Part shown: positions 6,891-15,655 of the stretch, piece by piece | Position numbering within the stretch: position 1 is the stretch's first letter | Layout: each line of letters opens with the position of its first letter | Source of the DNA: Ruminococcus albus 7 = DSM 20455 | GTDB lineage: Bacteria; Bacillota; Clostridia; Oscillospirales; Ruminococcaceae | Length of the DNA stretch: 32,000 nucleotides | Assembly (NCBI RefSeq): GCF_000179635.2 | Contig: NC_014833.1 | Coordinates: forward strand, 270,001 to 302,000 | Direction of reading: 5' to 3' | Translations under genes and position numbers: made by a program | The notes under the pieces: generated by a model | Told to the model about the DNA's origin: nothing | The model's input: the letters and a program-made list of their open reading frames with translations, nothing else | The model's database searches: none

Positions 6891-8246
6891 TCACTGACGC
6901 AGATATACGCCGTTTTCTTCGATGTAATCTTCCATATCGTCTTTATATCCCAGGTGCAGAGGGTCACTGTCGAGTGCCTTTAATGCACGCTGACCGATGT
7001 CCTTACGGAAGTGTGCGCCCTCGAAGGTGATCTTTTCAACACCCTGGTATGCCTTTTCAAGAGCGGAGTTGAGGGTAAGACCCTTTGCGGTAACACCGAG
7101 GACACGTCCGCCGCTGGTGAGAAACTTGCCGTCAGCAAGCTTTGTACCTGCGTGGAAGACCTGAGCACCGTCAACCTGACCCTTGGCGTCAAGACCCTTG
7201 ATCTCAATGCCCTTGGGGTAAGAGAGGGGATATCCGCCGCTTGCCATGATAACACAAGCGCAGCTGCCCTCTGCCCACTCAACGTTGAGTTCGCTCAGCT
7301 TGTGATCGTATATGGCTTCCATTATGTCAACGAGATCCGTTTTCAGCATAGGCAGAACTACCTGTGTCTCGGGATCACCGAAACGGCAGTTGTACTCGAT
7401 GACCTTTGGTCCTTTGGGGGTAAGCATAAGTCCGAAATACAGACAGCCTTCAAATGTCCTGCCCTCGGCATTCATGGCATTTATAGTAGGCAGGAATATC
7501 TTCTCCATGCACTCCTCAGCTATGCTGTTTGTGTAGTAGGGGTTGGGAGATATAGTACCCATTCCGCCTGTGTTAAGACCTTCATCATTGTCAAGTGCTC
7601 TCTTGTGATCCATGGAGGATATCATGGGAACTACAGTCTTGCCGTCTGTGAAGCTGAGTACAGAAACCTCGGGACCTGTCAGATACTCTTCAACGACGAT
7701 AGTCGAACTGCTGTCACCGAACTTCTTATCATCTATCATTTCCTTGATAGCTGTTACAGCTTCTTCCTCGTTCTGCGCAAGTATAACGCCCTTGCCCAGT
7801 GCAAGACCGTCAGCCTTGATAACAGCAGGATAGGTGTTCTGCTGCTTAACGTAAGCTATGGCAGATTCACTGTCCTTGAACACCTCATAGCCTGCGGTAG
7901 GGATATTGTATTTTTTCATCAGGTCCTTGGAGAATACCTTTGAACCCTCGATTATAGCTGCAGCCTTCTTGGGTCCGAAGGTCTTGAAGCCCTCAGCCTG
8001 CAAAGCATCGACCATGCCCAGTACCAGCGGATCATCGGGTGCTACAACAACAAGATCGACAGCCAGTTTTTTTGCAAGTGCAACAACACCGTCAATATCT
8101 GTTGCACCAACGTCAAAGCACTCTGCCATAGCAGAGATGCCGCCGTTTCCCGGGGTGCAGTATATCTTTTCTGCTTTCGGAGACTGTGCGAGTTTTGCGA
8201 TGATCGCGTGTTCACGTCCGCCGCCGCCGACTACAAGTATTTTCAT
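6891..8246 (-). CDS. purD: GAR synthetase (phosphoribosylamine--glycine ligase)
   Basis: 451-aa ORF starting MKILVVGGGGREHA, with ATP-grasp blocks and an AAGGAG ribosome-binding site. The C-terminal tail after FRKDIGQRA looks longer than usual. Confidence 0.95.
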   Translation of the reverse strand: MKILVVGGGGREHAIIAKLAQSPKAEKIYCTPGNGGISAMAECFDVGATDIDGVVALAKKLAVDLVVVAPDDPLVLGMVDALQAEGFKTFGPKKAAAIIEGSKVFSKDLMKKYNIPTAGYEVFKDSESAIAYVKQQNTYPAVIKADGLALGKGVILAQNEEEAVTAIKEMIDDKKFGDSSSTIVVEEYLTGPEVSVLSFTDGKTVVPMISSMDHKRALDNDEGLNTGGMGTISPNPYYTNSIAEECMEKIFLPTINAMNAEGRTFEGCLYFGLMLTPKGPKVIEYNCRFGDPETQVVLPMLKTDLVDIMEAIYDHKLSELNVEWAEGSCACVIMASGGYPLSYPKGIEIKGLDAKGQVDGAQVFHAGTKLADGKFLTSGGRVLGVTAKGLTLNSALEKAYQGVEKITFEGAHFRKDIGQRALKALDSDPLHLGYKDDMEDYIEENGVYLRQ

Positions 8247-8271
8247 TTAATACACTCCTTTGTGAATATTA

Positions 8272-9012
8272 TCATGTCTTTGAGAAGCTTATGGTCTTCA
8301 ACACTTTGTTGAAATTATCACGCATGGCGGAAGTACACTGATCATAGGATATGACCCAAACTTCAAGAACATTGGTGTCCTCAGCCATAATGCTTATATC
8401 TATGTCGAAGGATACGCCGTCAGAAGTATAAACACCGCTGACAGTGTACGCAAAGTGTCCGCCGATTTTGGTATCGCCTCTGTCGGTAACATCGATCAGA
8501 TCTTTCATACCCTTTGAATCTATCACTGCATCAGCAACTTCGCTCAGGGTCATTTCAGCCATGGTTTCAACTACACGGGAATTTATCATTATCGAGCAGT
8601 TGTCTTTAGCGTCGGCAATATCATCGCCCTTGTAGATTATCGAGGTGCTTGAAGAGGACTCCTGCGTAGTTTCCCACTTGGCTTCGTCAGCCTTTACGGT
8701 GAATACAGGTTTTGATTCCTTCTTCTTTTCAGCCGCAGAAGATGTATCAGCAGCATCGGGGTCTTTTATCTCGATGACAGTCTGTTCATCTTTATCGGGA
8801 TCATGCCCGGCTGCTGATGACGTGTCATTGACAGCCGTTTTTTCCTCGTTTGGGTCGATAACTACTATACCGGGGGTATCCCCGGATGGAGCGCCCGTTT
8901 CTGCGGAAGCACTGTCTGCAGTTTTGTCAGCGCTGTCCTTGTTTTTGCCGCCGCAGGCAGTGAGCCCTAAAGCCATAACTGCTGCTAGCGCAGCGATAGC
9001 GATCTTTTTCAT
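8272..9012 (-). CDS. Lipoprotein with an acidic low-complexity linker
   Basis: The track ORF starts at a TTG (9033). I prefer the ATG at 9012, which gives MKKIAIAALAAVMALGLTAC|GG (signal peptide plus lipobox). A D/S/T/E-rich linker is followed by a roughly 150-aa globular domain. Confidence 0.75.
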   Translation of the reverse strand: MKKIAIAALAAVMALGLTACGGKNKDSADKTADSASAETGAPSGDTPGIVVIDPNEEKTAVNDTSSAAGHDPDKDEQTVIEIKDPDAADTSSAAEKKKESKPVFTVKADEAKWETTQESSSSTSIIYKGDDIADAKDNCSIMINSRVVETMAEMTLSEVADAVIDSKGMKDLIDVTDRGDTKIGGHFAYTVSGVYTSDGVSFDIDISIMAEDTNVLEVWVISYDQCTSAMRDNFNKVLKTISFSKT

Positions 9013-9044
9013 ATCAAACCACACTTCTGTCAAATTTTATGTCA

Positions 9045-9257
9045 TTATTCAGCTTTGATGTTCTCCTCATCGGTAACAACGTCCTCTTCCTCGGAAGTTG
9101 TTTCATCCTCAGCGGTAGTAGTTTCTTCATCGGTAGTAACAACAGCAGTTGTTTTTGCCTTAGTGTTCTTTTCTGACTTGCTGTCGTCCTTCTCGTTGCA
9201 AGCTGTCATTGTGAGTGCGGCAGCAGCGGCTACCATAGTTATAAGTACCTTATTCAT
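9045..9257 (-). CDS. Small acidic lipoprotein (about 70 aa)
   Basis: The internal ATG at 9257 is preceded by GGAGAG with a 7-nt spacer. It gives MNKVLITMVAAAAALTMTAC|NE (lipobox), and the rest is T/E/D-rich. Confidence 0.6.
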   Translation of the reverse strand: MNKVLITMVAAAAALTMTACNEKDDSKSEKNTKAKTTAVVTTDEETTTAEDETTSEEEDVVTDEENIKAE

Positions 9258-9323
9258 TTTAAACTCTCCATTCATGTACCGATCTCTCGGTTATTTTACT
9301 TTCCTTATTTGCAGTTATTACTG

Positions 9324-10109
9324 CTATTCAAAATTTACTGACCACAGCAGATCACGCAGATCGCTGTCGATTGATTCCACACTTGTTTCAGTTATGGTGA
9401 AACAGATATTAAGCTCTCTGTATCCATTGAAACCTGTGTATTGTAAAAGTCTTGATTCGGCTCCGAAAAGTGTCGGATCAATTGTATATTCCCTACGTAT
9501 CCAGGTCTTGCCGTTGATATCTACGGTGTTATGGTCTATCAGTGTCTGTCCCGTGGGAGGGGCATCATTTTCCCAATAATGCTGTGCTACTTCATTGATG
9601 TCATACTGTGATAAATCAGTAGAAAGCTCATTTGAAGCAAACACACAGGTCGAACTGTAATCACCCATCCATCCGTAAATATATTCTATGCCCTCAGTTC
9701 CTTCAGCTGCGTTTATGGAAACGTGTTCTTTTGCATCCATCCATTTAGAAAGATCAACGTCAAATCCGTAGCCTGTGCCGCTTATGTGCTCTATCCTTAC
9801 CTCTGCAGGTTCGGGCTTTTCGACGGCGGAAGTTTCGGCTGCTGAACTATCCGCGGCAGGTTTGCTTTCAGCTGTGGGAGGTGTTTCCGTTACAGAACTT
9901 TCTTCTTCGGGCTTGCTTTCCTCGGTGATACTGCTTTCTTCGGGTGCTGAGCTTTCTTCGGCAGCACTTATCTCTTCCGACGAAGTTTCAGCTTTACGGC
10001 TCATATCCTTCTTCACGGCACTTACCTCCGAAGTTTTTACGGAGGCTTTGCCGCATGAAGTCAGCAGCACTGCTGACAGCAGCGCCGCTAATATAACTCT
10101 CTTATCCAT
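9324..10109 (-). CDS. Lipoprotein with an S/E/P-rich linker and a C-terminal globular domain
   Basis: The N-terminus is [19 protein letters not shown]|GK (lipobox). The ATG shares one nucleotide with the purH stop (TGATG, 10107-10111). Confidence 0.8.
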   Translation of the reverse strand: MDKRVILAALLSAVLLTSCGKASVKTSEVSAVKKDMSRKAETSSEEISAAEESSAPEESSITEESKPEEESSVTETPPTAESKPAADSSAAETSAVEKPEPAEVRIEHISGTGYGFDVDLSKWMDAKEHVSINAAEGTEGIEYIYGWMGDYSSTCVFASNELSTDLSQYDINEVAQHYWENDAPPTGQTLIDHNTVDINGKTWIRREYTIDPTLFGAESRLLQYTGFNGYRELNICFTITETSVESIDSDLRDLLWSVNFE

Positions 10110-11290
10110 CAGTGGTGGAAGAGTCTGATACCTGTGAATGCCATAGCCATTCCGTACTTGTTGCAGGTGTCTATAACATTGTCGTCACGGATAGATCCGC
10201 CGGGCTCTGCGATATAAGCCACACCTGACTTCTTGGCTCTTTCGATGTTATCGCCGAAGGGGAAGAATGCATCGGAACCAAGACATACATCGGTATTTTT
10301 AGCCAGCCATTCCTTCTTCTCCTCGCGGGTCAGAGGCTCGGGCTTGGTCTTGAATATTCTCTGCCACTCGCCTTCAGCCAGAACGTCCTCATACTCCTCA
10401 CCGATGTATACGTCGATAGCGTTGTCACGGTCAGGTCTGCGTATATCGTCCTTGAAGGGCAGAGCCATTACCTTGGGGTTCTGTCTGAGCCACCAGTTGT
10501 CAGCCTTGCTGCCTGCAAGTCTTGTGCAGTGTACTCTTGACTGCTGACCTGCACCGATACCGATAGCCTGTCCGTTCTTGACATAGCATACAGAGTTTGA
10601 TTGTGTATACTTCAGTGTTATCAGCGAGATGATAAGATCTTCCAGCTTGTCATCGGGGATATCCTTATTCTCGGTAACAACGTTGGAAAGCAGCTCCTTG
10701 TCGATCTTCAGCTCGTTTCTGCCCTGTTCAAATGTAACACCGAATACCTGCTTGCGCTCGATCTCAGCGGGAACATAGTTCTCGTCGATCTTGATGATAT
10801 TGTATGTACCCTTTCTCTTGGACTTGAGTATCTCCAGAGCTTCATCGGTATAGCCGGGAGCGATAACGCCGTCGGATACCTCTCTCTGTATCATCTTGGC
10901 AGTAGGAACATCACATACATCGGACAGTGCGATGAAATCGCCGTAGCTGGACATTCTGTCTGCACCTCTTGCCCTTGCATAAGCGCAAGCCAGTGAAGAA
11001 AGCTCGCCCAGATCGTCAACGAAGTATATCTTAGCCTCAGTCTCTGTCAGGGGTCTGCCGATAGCGGCACCTGCGGGAGATACGTGCTTGAAAGAAGTTG
11101 CAGCGCACATACCGGTAGCAGCTTTCAGCTCCTTTACCAGCTGCCAGCCGTTGAAAGCGTCCAGCAGGTTGATATAGCCGGGCTTGCCGTTGAGCACTTC
11201 GATAGGAAGATCCTTACCATCCTCCATATATACTCTTGACGGCTTCTGATTGGGGTTGCAGCCGTACTTCAAAAGCATCTCGTTTGCCAT
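10109..11290 (-). CDS. purH: AICAR formyltransferase, stand-alone AICARFT domain (no MGS-like IMP cyclohydrolase domain)
   Basis: 393-aa ORF with a GGAGGT ribosome-binding site. Blocks KYGCNPNQ and [11 protein letters not shown] are present. It is about 130 aa shorter at the N-terminus than bifunctional PurH. Confidence 0.9.
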   Translation of the reverse strand: MANEMLLKYGCNPNQKPSRVYMEDGKDLPIEVLNGKPGYINLLDAFNGWQLVKELKAATGMCAATSFKHVSPAGAAIGRPLTETEAKIYFVDDLGELSSLACAYARARGADRMSSYGDFIALSDVCDVPTAKMIQREVSDGVIAPGYTDEALEILKSKRKGTYNIIKIDENYVPAEIERKQVFGVTFEQGRNELKIDKELLSNVVTENKDIPDDKLEDLIISLITLKYTQSNSVCYVKNGQAIGIGAGQQSRVHCTRLAGSKADNWWLRQNPKVMALPFKDDIRRPDRDNAIDVYIGEEYEDVLAEGEWQRIFKTKPEPLTREEKKEWLAKNTDVCLGSDAFFPFGDNIERAKKSGVAYIAEPGGSIRDDNVIDTCNKYGMAMAFTGIRLFHH

Positions 11291-11305
11291 TGTTATTACC
11301 TCCGA

Positions 11306-12124
11306 TTAAAATATAATTTTATCCTTATCCGCGGGATCATCCGCGTCTTTATCAGCTTTTACTATCGGGACTTTACCGAAGAAATCATCGGGATCCACAG
11401 TTTTAGTTCTTTCATCCATGCGGCGCATTTCTATGCCCATGTTTTTGAACATCGGGTCATCAGGATCTTTTACTACCAGAATATCATCACTGTTTCTGTT
11501 GGCGCGGGCATCTATCTGTTCTGCCGAATACTTGTCAAGCTGTAAAAAATCTGCCACAGTGTTTCCCAGTGCTGCTCTTGTCAATGAGTCCATTTCTTTG
11601 CCTGTTGGTGCGCCCAAAGGTTCGTTCACTCTCAGTTCGATGGGTGAAACGCTTTTTATCATTTCGATAAACTCTTCAATTTCACTGCGTGTCGCAAAAT
11701 TCAGCACATTGCTCGCTGTTTCACTGTTATACTTTATATAAATATACAGCTGATACGTCGGTTTATTGCTTTGAAGACCGTAATACCTCGGCTGAATAAT
11801 GTCTATATCGGTGTAAAGAGTCAAATGACATGATAACAAACCGTAGATACCCTGATCCAGCGCTGCATTATCGCCCTTCACATTCCGGCATTTTCTTACA
11901 GCTTCATCAAGGTCGCCCTTGTACAGAAGTTTCGAGCGCCTGTATTCCTTTTCTGTCTTGCTGATAAAGAAAAGGAACGGACCCCAAAGCAGCAGCAGAA
12001 AAGGTAAAGCAAATATCAGATCAAATACGTCAAAGAACATCATAGGTAAGAATAGCAGTGTGAAAAGGGTGATTATAACAAACCCGTTCTTTTTGTTCTG
12101 CCTGTACTTGTCATTATTATTCAT
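11306..12124 (-). CDS. Hypothetical membrane protein (two N-terminal TM helices plus a soluble acidic C-terminal region)
   Basis: The track ORF reaches 12166, but the ATG at 12124 has GGAGGTG 7 nt upstream. That start gives MNNNDKYRQNKKNGFVIITLFTLLFLPMMFF... Confidence 0.65.
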   Translation of the reverse strand: MNNNDKYRQNKKNGFVIITLFTLLFLPMMFFDVFDLIFALPFLLLLWGPFLFFISKTEKEYRRSKLLYKGDLDEAVRKCRNVKGDNAALDQGIYGLLSCHLTLYTDIDIIQPRYYGLQSNKPTYQLYIYIKYNSETASNVLNFATRSEIEEFIEMIKSVSPIELRVNEPLGAPTGKEMDSLTRAALGNTVADFLQLDKYSAEQIDARANRNSDDILVVKDPDDPMFKNMGIEMRRMDERTKTVDPDDFFGKVPIVKADKDADDPADKDKIIF

Positions 12125-12149
12125 ATTCTGACACCTCCACAGGCGATGT

Positions 12150-12695
<546 letters not shown>

Positions 12696-12730
12696 TCACT
12701 GTTTCAGAAACTGTTATGTGCAGAAGATGA

Positions 12731-12919
12731 TCAAAAAATCTCCATGATGAGATAAGCTATGAAACCACCTCCCAAAGCTACCAGCAATGCGGTAACTGTC
12801 ATTCTGACAGCGGCGGGCAGCCCTGATCTCAGTCTCAGCGGCTGTTCGACTTCTTTGGGTGGGATGGGTACTGTTTTAGAAAAGACCGCAGGTACTGCCA
12901 GAAAGGATATGCACAGCAT
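12731..12919 (-). CDS. Small hydrophobic protein (about 62 aa, two predicted TM segments)
   Basis: The ATG at 12917-12919 shares one nucleotide with the stop of the upstream zinc-ribbon gene (TGATG). Both ends are hydrophobic. No homology was recognised. Confidence 0.4.
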   Translation of the reverse strand: MLCISFLAVPAVFSKTVPIPPKEVEQPLRLRSGLPAAVRMTVTALLVALGGGFIAYLIMEIF

Positions 12920-13242
12920 CAAAAAATTATCCCGCCGAGATTATACCCGCCTGAATGATTCCTGAAGAAGTCTAACAACAGGAAAGCTGTGATCGTCAGC
13001 ACGAATACAAGCCCGTAATAGAGATATGTGAGCGTTTTCCAGTGCTGTACGCTTCTGGCATATTCATACCTGATATGCTCGATGTTCTTGAATTCATTTT
13101 TGGTTCTTTCAAGGGCTGCCCTGTCAGAGCCTTCCTTTATGTTCAGCACCGAATCACAGTATGGGCATTTTACCACCTGTTCACCAGGGGTATAACTTAT
13201 ATCGCCCGAACAGTTCGGACATCTGATAGCTACTATTTGCAT
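12919..13242 (-). CDS. Zinc-ribbon protein with a C-terminal membrane anchor
   Basis: AAGAGGAG ribosome-binding site. The N-terminus has CPNC...x15...CPYC (a four-Cys ribbon). The C-terminal helix is LTYLYYGLVFVLTITAFLLLDFF. Confidence 0.7.
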   Translation of the reverse strand: MQIVAIRCPNCSGDISYTPGEQVVKCPYCDSVLNIKEGSDRAALERTKNEFKNIEHIRYEYARSVQHWKTLTYLYYGLVFVLTITAFLLLDFFRNHSGGYNLGGIIF

Positions 13243-13322
13243 AGTATTCTCCTCTTATGGAAAAATGTTTGCTTCAACTGTATCACCGTGGGGTATTTCA
13301 TAGATGTTCCTTTTTGGTATAC

Positions 13323-13727
13323 TCAGTCCAGATCGAAGCTTTTTTCGCAGTCATCAGTCACAAGTATCACCTTTTCACCCTCGATCCTGCCGCTTATAAT
13401 GTGGTTCCCATTGATGAAACGGAAATACTCCATGTGTTCCTCAAGCGTTTTATGCTCGGGTACCAGCAAAGGCATAGGTTCTGCACGCGAACCCTGAAAA
13501 GCTATACATTCACAGTTTGTATATACGCTCTGGATCAATCCGCGGACAGTACCTTTGTTAGCGGGGTCGGTAAACTTCTCATAAAGCTCTCTGCCGATGT
13601 CATACAGCTCGGTCATCTGGGTGCTTCCAATCTTGCCTGCAAAGACATATCGTCCGTCCTCTGTCATGCCGAGTGTATAACCGTTTCCCGGAGCGATCGA
13701 GAAGTATCTGATCATCTGCCGTGCCAT
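13323..13727 (-). CDS. Hypothetical protein (134 aa)
   Basis: The ATG shares one nucleotide with the purO stop (TAATG, 13725-13729). The composition is balanced. No family was recognised. Confidence 0.6.
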   Translation of the reverse strand: MARQMIRYFSIAPGNGYTLGMTEDGRYVFAGKIGSTQMTELYDIGRELYEKFTDPANKGTVRGLIQSVYTNCECIAFQGSRAEPMPLLVPEHKTLEEHMEYFRFINGNHIISGRIEGEKVILVTDDCEKSFDLD

Positions 13728-14443
13728 TACTTTGTGTATTTGTTAACTATCTTCGATACAGCCTTGCCTGTTTCTATGTCGATGAATCTTACGAACAGGG
13801 ATACCTTGTTATCCTCGTTCAGCGCATTCCACAGACCATTTGTGAATTCATCGATATCATTGGGGATAGTTATCTTCTTGGGCTCACCTTCAAAGCTGGG
13901 CAGAGGGTTGCCGTCACCCATATATGTGTGGATGAAATGACCGTAGCCGGCTATGGGAGTTGAATAGCTGAAAGTGAATCTCTCAACACTGTCGGGGTTG
14001 CCGTCAGCGGATTTCAGTATGCTCATAGCATAGTTGTACTGACCGTCGCCAACGTGCATGATTCCGGAAATTCTGGGTGTGTAGTTGGGAGCATCGTCCT
14101 CATATTCTCTTGTGCGCAGGCTCTGTTCAAAGGTCTGCTGCTTGTCCATCAGCTCATAGATCGTATCTGTCTGATCGCCGTTGGTAACGATGGTCTTGTT
14201 TCCAAGAACTCTGACAGGTGAGTATATTATCAGATGAGGATCGGAAAGCTTTGAAGGATCAGCAGCCTCGGTCTTGATGCCGTCAGCAGTTTCGGTGAAT
14301 ACTCTGTTTCTGGAATTTACGCTTCTGCCCATGATGAAATAAGCAGTAACAGCGTTCTTTCCGTCAGCACTCTTGCCGATAACGATACCTCTTCCGGGGT
14401 AAGCGTTGCCTTTCAGTTCCTCATAAATGTCAAGTGTTTTCAT
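13727..14443 (-). CDS. purO: IMP cyclohydrolase, archaeal PurO-type
   Basis: Blocks YPGRGIVIGKS and YFIMGRSVNSRNR are typical of the PurO-type IMP cyclohydrolase family. I prefer the ATG at 14443 (AAGGAGG 8 nt upstream) to the track start at 14479. Confidence 0.85.
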   Translation of the reverse strand: MKTLDIYEELKGNAYPGRGIVIGKSADGKNAVTAYFIMGRSVNSRNRVFTETADGIKTEAADPSKLSDPHLIIYSPVRVLGNKTIVTNGDQTDTIYELMDKQQTFEQSLRTREYEDDAPNYTPRISGIMHVGDGQYNYAMSILKSADGNPDSVERFTFSYSTPIAGYGHFIHTYMGDGNPLPSFEGEPKKITIPNDIDEFTNGLWNALNEDNKVSLFVRFIDIETGKAVSKIVNKYTK

Positions 14444-15401
14444 ATTTTTGACCTCCTTGATCGGGTTTAGGTTTGCCATTGAACTTTACTTCAATGGTAT
14501 TTGTCAGTTTTTTTATAATATTTTTTGTCAGCTGAAAAACAGCCTCGTAAATTCTCATAACGATCCTGAGCATCAGCTCGAAGCATATCACTATCGCCAG
14601 ATTCAGCAGAGGGAAAAGAATAAACGGGACGATAAGTCTATCGAGGATAATATCCGATGCTGAATACAAGCAATAAACTTTTACATAGATACCGTAAAAA
14701 AAGCCTATCAGAAATTGTGTTGATTTGTATATGGGCATTGTTATGCCCAGTAGCATATTGTATATACTAATCAGGATCGCTCGAAGCCAGATGGATTGAT
14801 AGATCGACCACCTAACCATAGGTGCAAATATCACAAATATCAATCTTGTGGCTGCACCTATAGAAAAGAACGCGATGTAGTCAGCCAATACCTCCGCAAA
14901 GATATTCTCCGTGCGGTAGTATAGCAGCCTGAATCCCTTCTTTTTTGGCTCGCCAAGTTCAACCCTGTCTTTTTCCTTTTTGAACAGCCTTTTGCAGACA
15001 AATGTCTTGATCAACATTATCAACGGAAATGTAACTGCCAATATATCAGTGGCATAGTCCATCAGGACTTCGTCATAGCACACAACTAGATCTTCCACAC
15101 CGAAAGTTGTGATCTTCATCAGAAGTTTTATAATATAACCATTATGAGGTCGTTCAAAGTGATATATCTCATCGTACATGACTGCCAAATACTGATCCTG
15201 CGCTGAATTTATACTAAAGGGGCAGTTTTCTTCCATGTGTTCCACAAAGGTATCGCCAATGTCGTAAGGACTGGATGACCACGGATTGGCAAAAGTGCCT
15301 ATCAGCAGACAAAGCAAATATATCCCTATAAGTATAAGATACTTTTTCTTCTTAGGCTTAGGCGATATCCCCGATAGCATATTATTTGATTTTTCGTTCA
15401 T
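14430..15401 (-). CDS. Hypothetical polytopic membrane protein (323 aa), first gene of the purO transcription unit
   Basis: Long ORF with several hydrophobic helices. It is visibly AT-richer than its neighbours. Its 3' end overlaps the purO start by 14 nt. No family was recognised. Confidence 0.65.
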   Translation of the reverse strand: MNEKSNNMLSGISPKPKKKKYLILIGIYLLCLLIGTFANPWSSSPYDIGDTFVEHMEENCPFSINSAQDQYLAVMYDEIYHFERPHNGYIIKLLMKITTFGVEDLVVCYDEVLMDYATDILAVTFPLIMLIKTFVCKRLFKKEKDRVELGEPKKKGFRLLYYRTENIFAEVLADYIAFFSIGAATRLIFVIFAPMVRWSIYQSIWLRAILISIYNMLLGITMPIYKSTQFLIGFFYGIYVKVYCLYSASDIILDRLIVPFILFPLLNLAIVICFELMLRIVMRIYEAVFQLTKNIIKKLTNTIEVKFNGKPKPDQGGQKYENT

Positions 15402-15474
15402 ATTATGTTCGTTATTCTCAAATGCATTCAGTGTTTTAAGCCAAAGTGATGTACGCCCACCACCTCAAATATAT

Positions 15475-15503
15475 ATTATAGCAGAAATTTCAGACAATTG
15501 CAA
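15475..15503 (-). promoter_or_regulatory. Sigma-A-type promoter for the membrane-protein/purO unit
   Basis: On the minus strand: TTGCAA (15503-15498), a 17-nt spacer, then TGcTATAAT (-10 at 15480-15475). It lies about 70 nt upstream of the ATG at 15401 and downstream of the pta terminator. Confidence 0.55.
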
Positions 15504-15584
15504 GTCATAGCGGACAATTATCGCTAATTTTATTGGAACAGAATGAAAAGAATATCTGATATTCAAAAAGTATGTTGCATATAT

Positions 15585-15626
15585 CCAAAACAGCCATAAA
15601 GAGGTCAGCTGATCTCTTTATGGCTG
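15585..15626 (-). terminator. Rho-independent terminator of pta
   Basis: A 13-bp perfect stem joins CAGCCATAAAGAG (15591-15603) and CTCTTTATGGCTG (15614-15626), with a 10-nt loop. On the minus strand it is followed by TTTTGG. Confidence 0.8.
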
Positions 15627-15655
15627 TGGATAGTTATGGTATTATTGCTTCGTTA

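Noticed and set aside
7011-7943. A 310-aa ORF on the plus strand inside purD, with further plus-strand ORFs at 7312, 7612 and 7906.
   Set aside because: These are antisense shadows of purD. They have no ribosome-binding site or motifs, and purD is unambiguous.
8645-9579. Plus-strand ORFs (8645..9058 and 9055..9579), Ser/Val/Ala-rich, opposite the lipoprotein genes.
   Set aside because: They are the complement of the low-complexity acidic/Ser/Thr linkers, which naturally stays open. The minus-strand ORFs have textbook signal peptides and lipoboxes.
13257-13940. A 227-aa plus-strand ORF spanning the purO/134-aa junction.
   Set aside because: It overlaps the 3' end of the well-supported purO on the opposite strand and has no ribosome-binding site. 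The minus-strand ORF has the start-stop overlap and a more protein-like composition.
15404-15416. A PurBox-like sequence (minus strand AATAACGAACATA) immediately upstream of the 323-aa gene start. A weaker relative, GAATAACGAA, lies at 16819-16828.
   Set aside because: It matches only about 11 of 13 positions of the consensus I recall (AWWWCCGAACWWT). There is no convincing inverted partner. It sits at the ribosome-binding site rather than upstream of the -35. This is too weak to call without a regulon-wide search.
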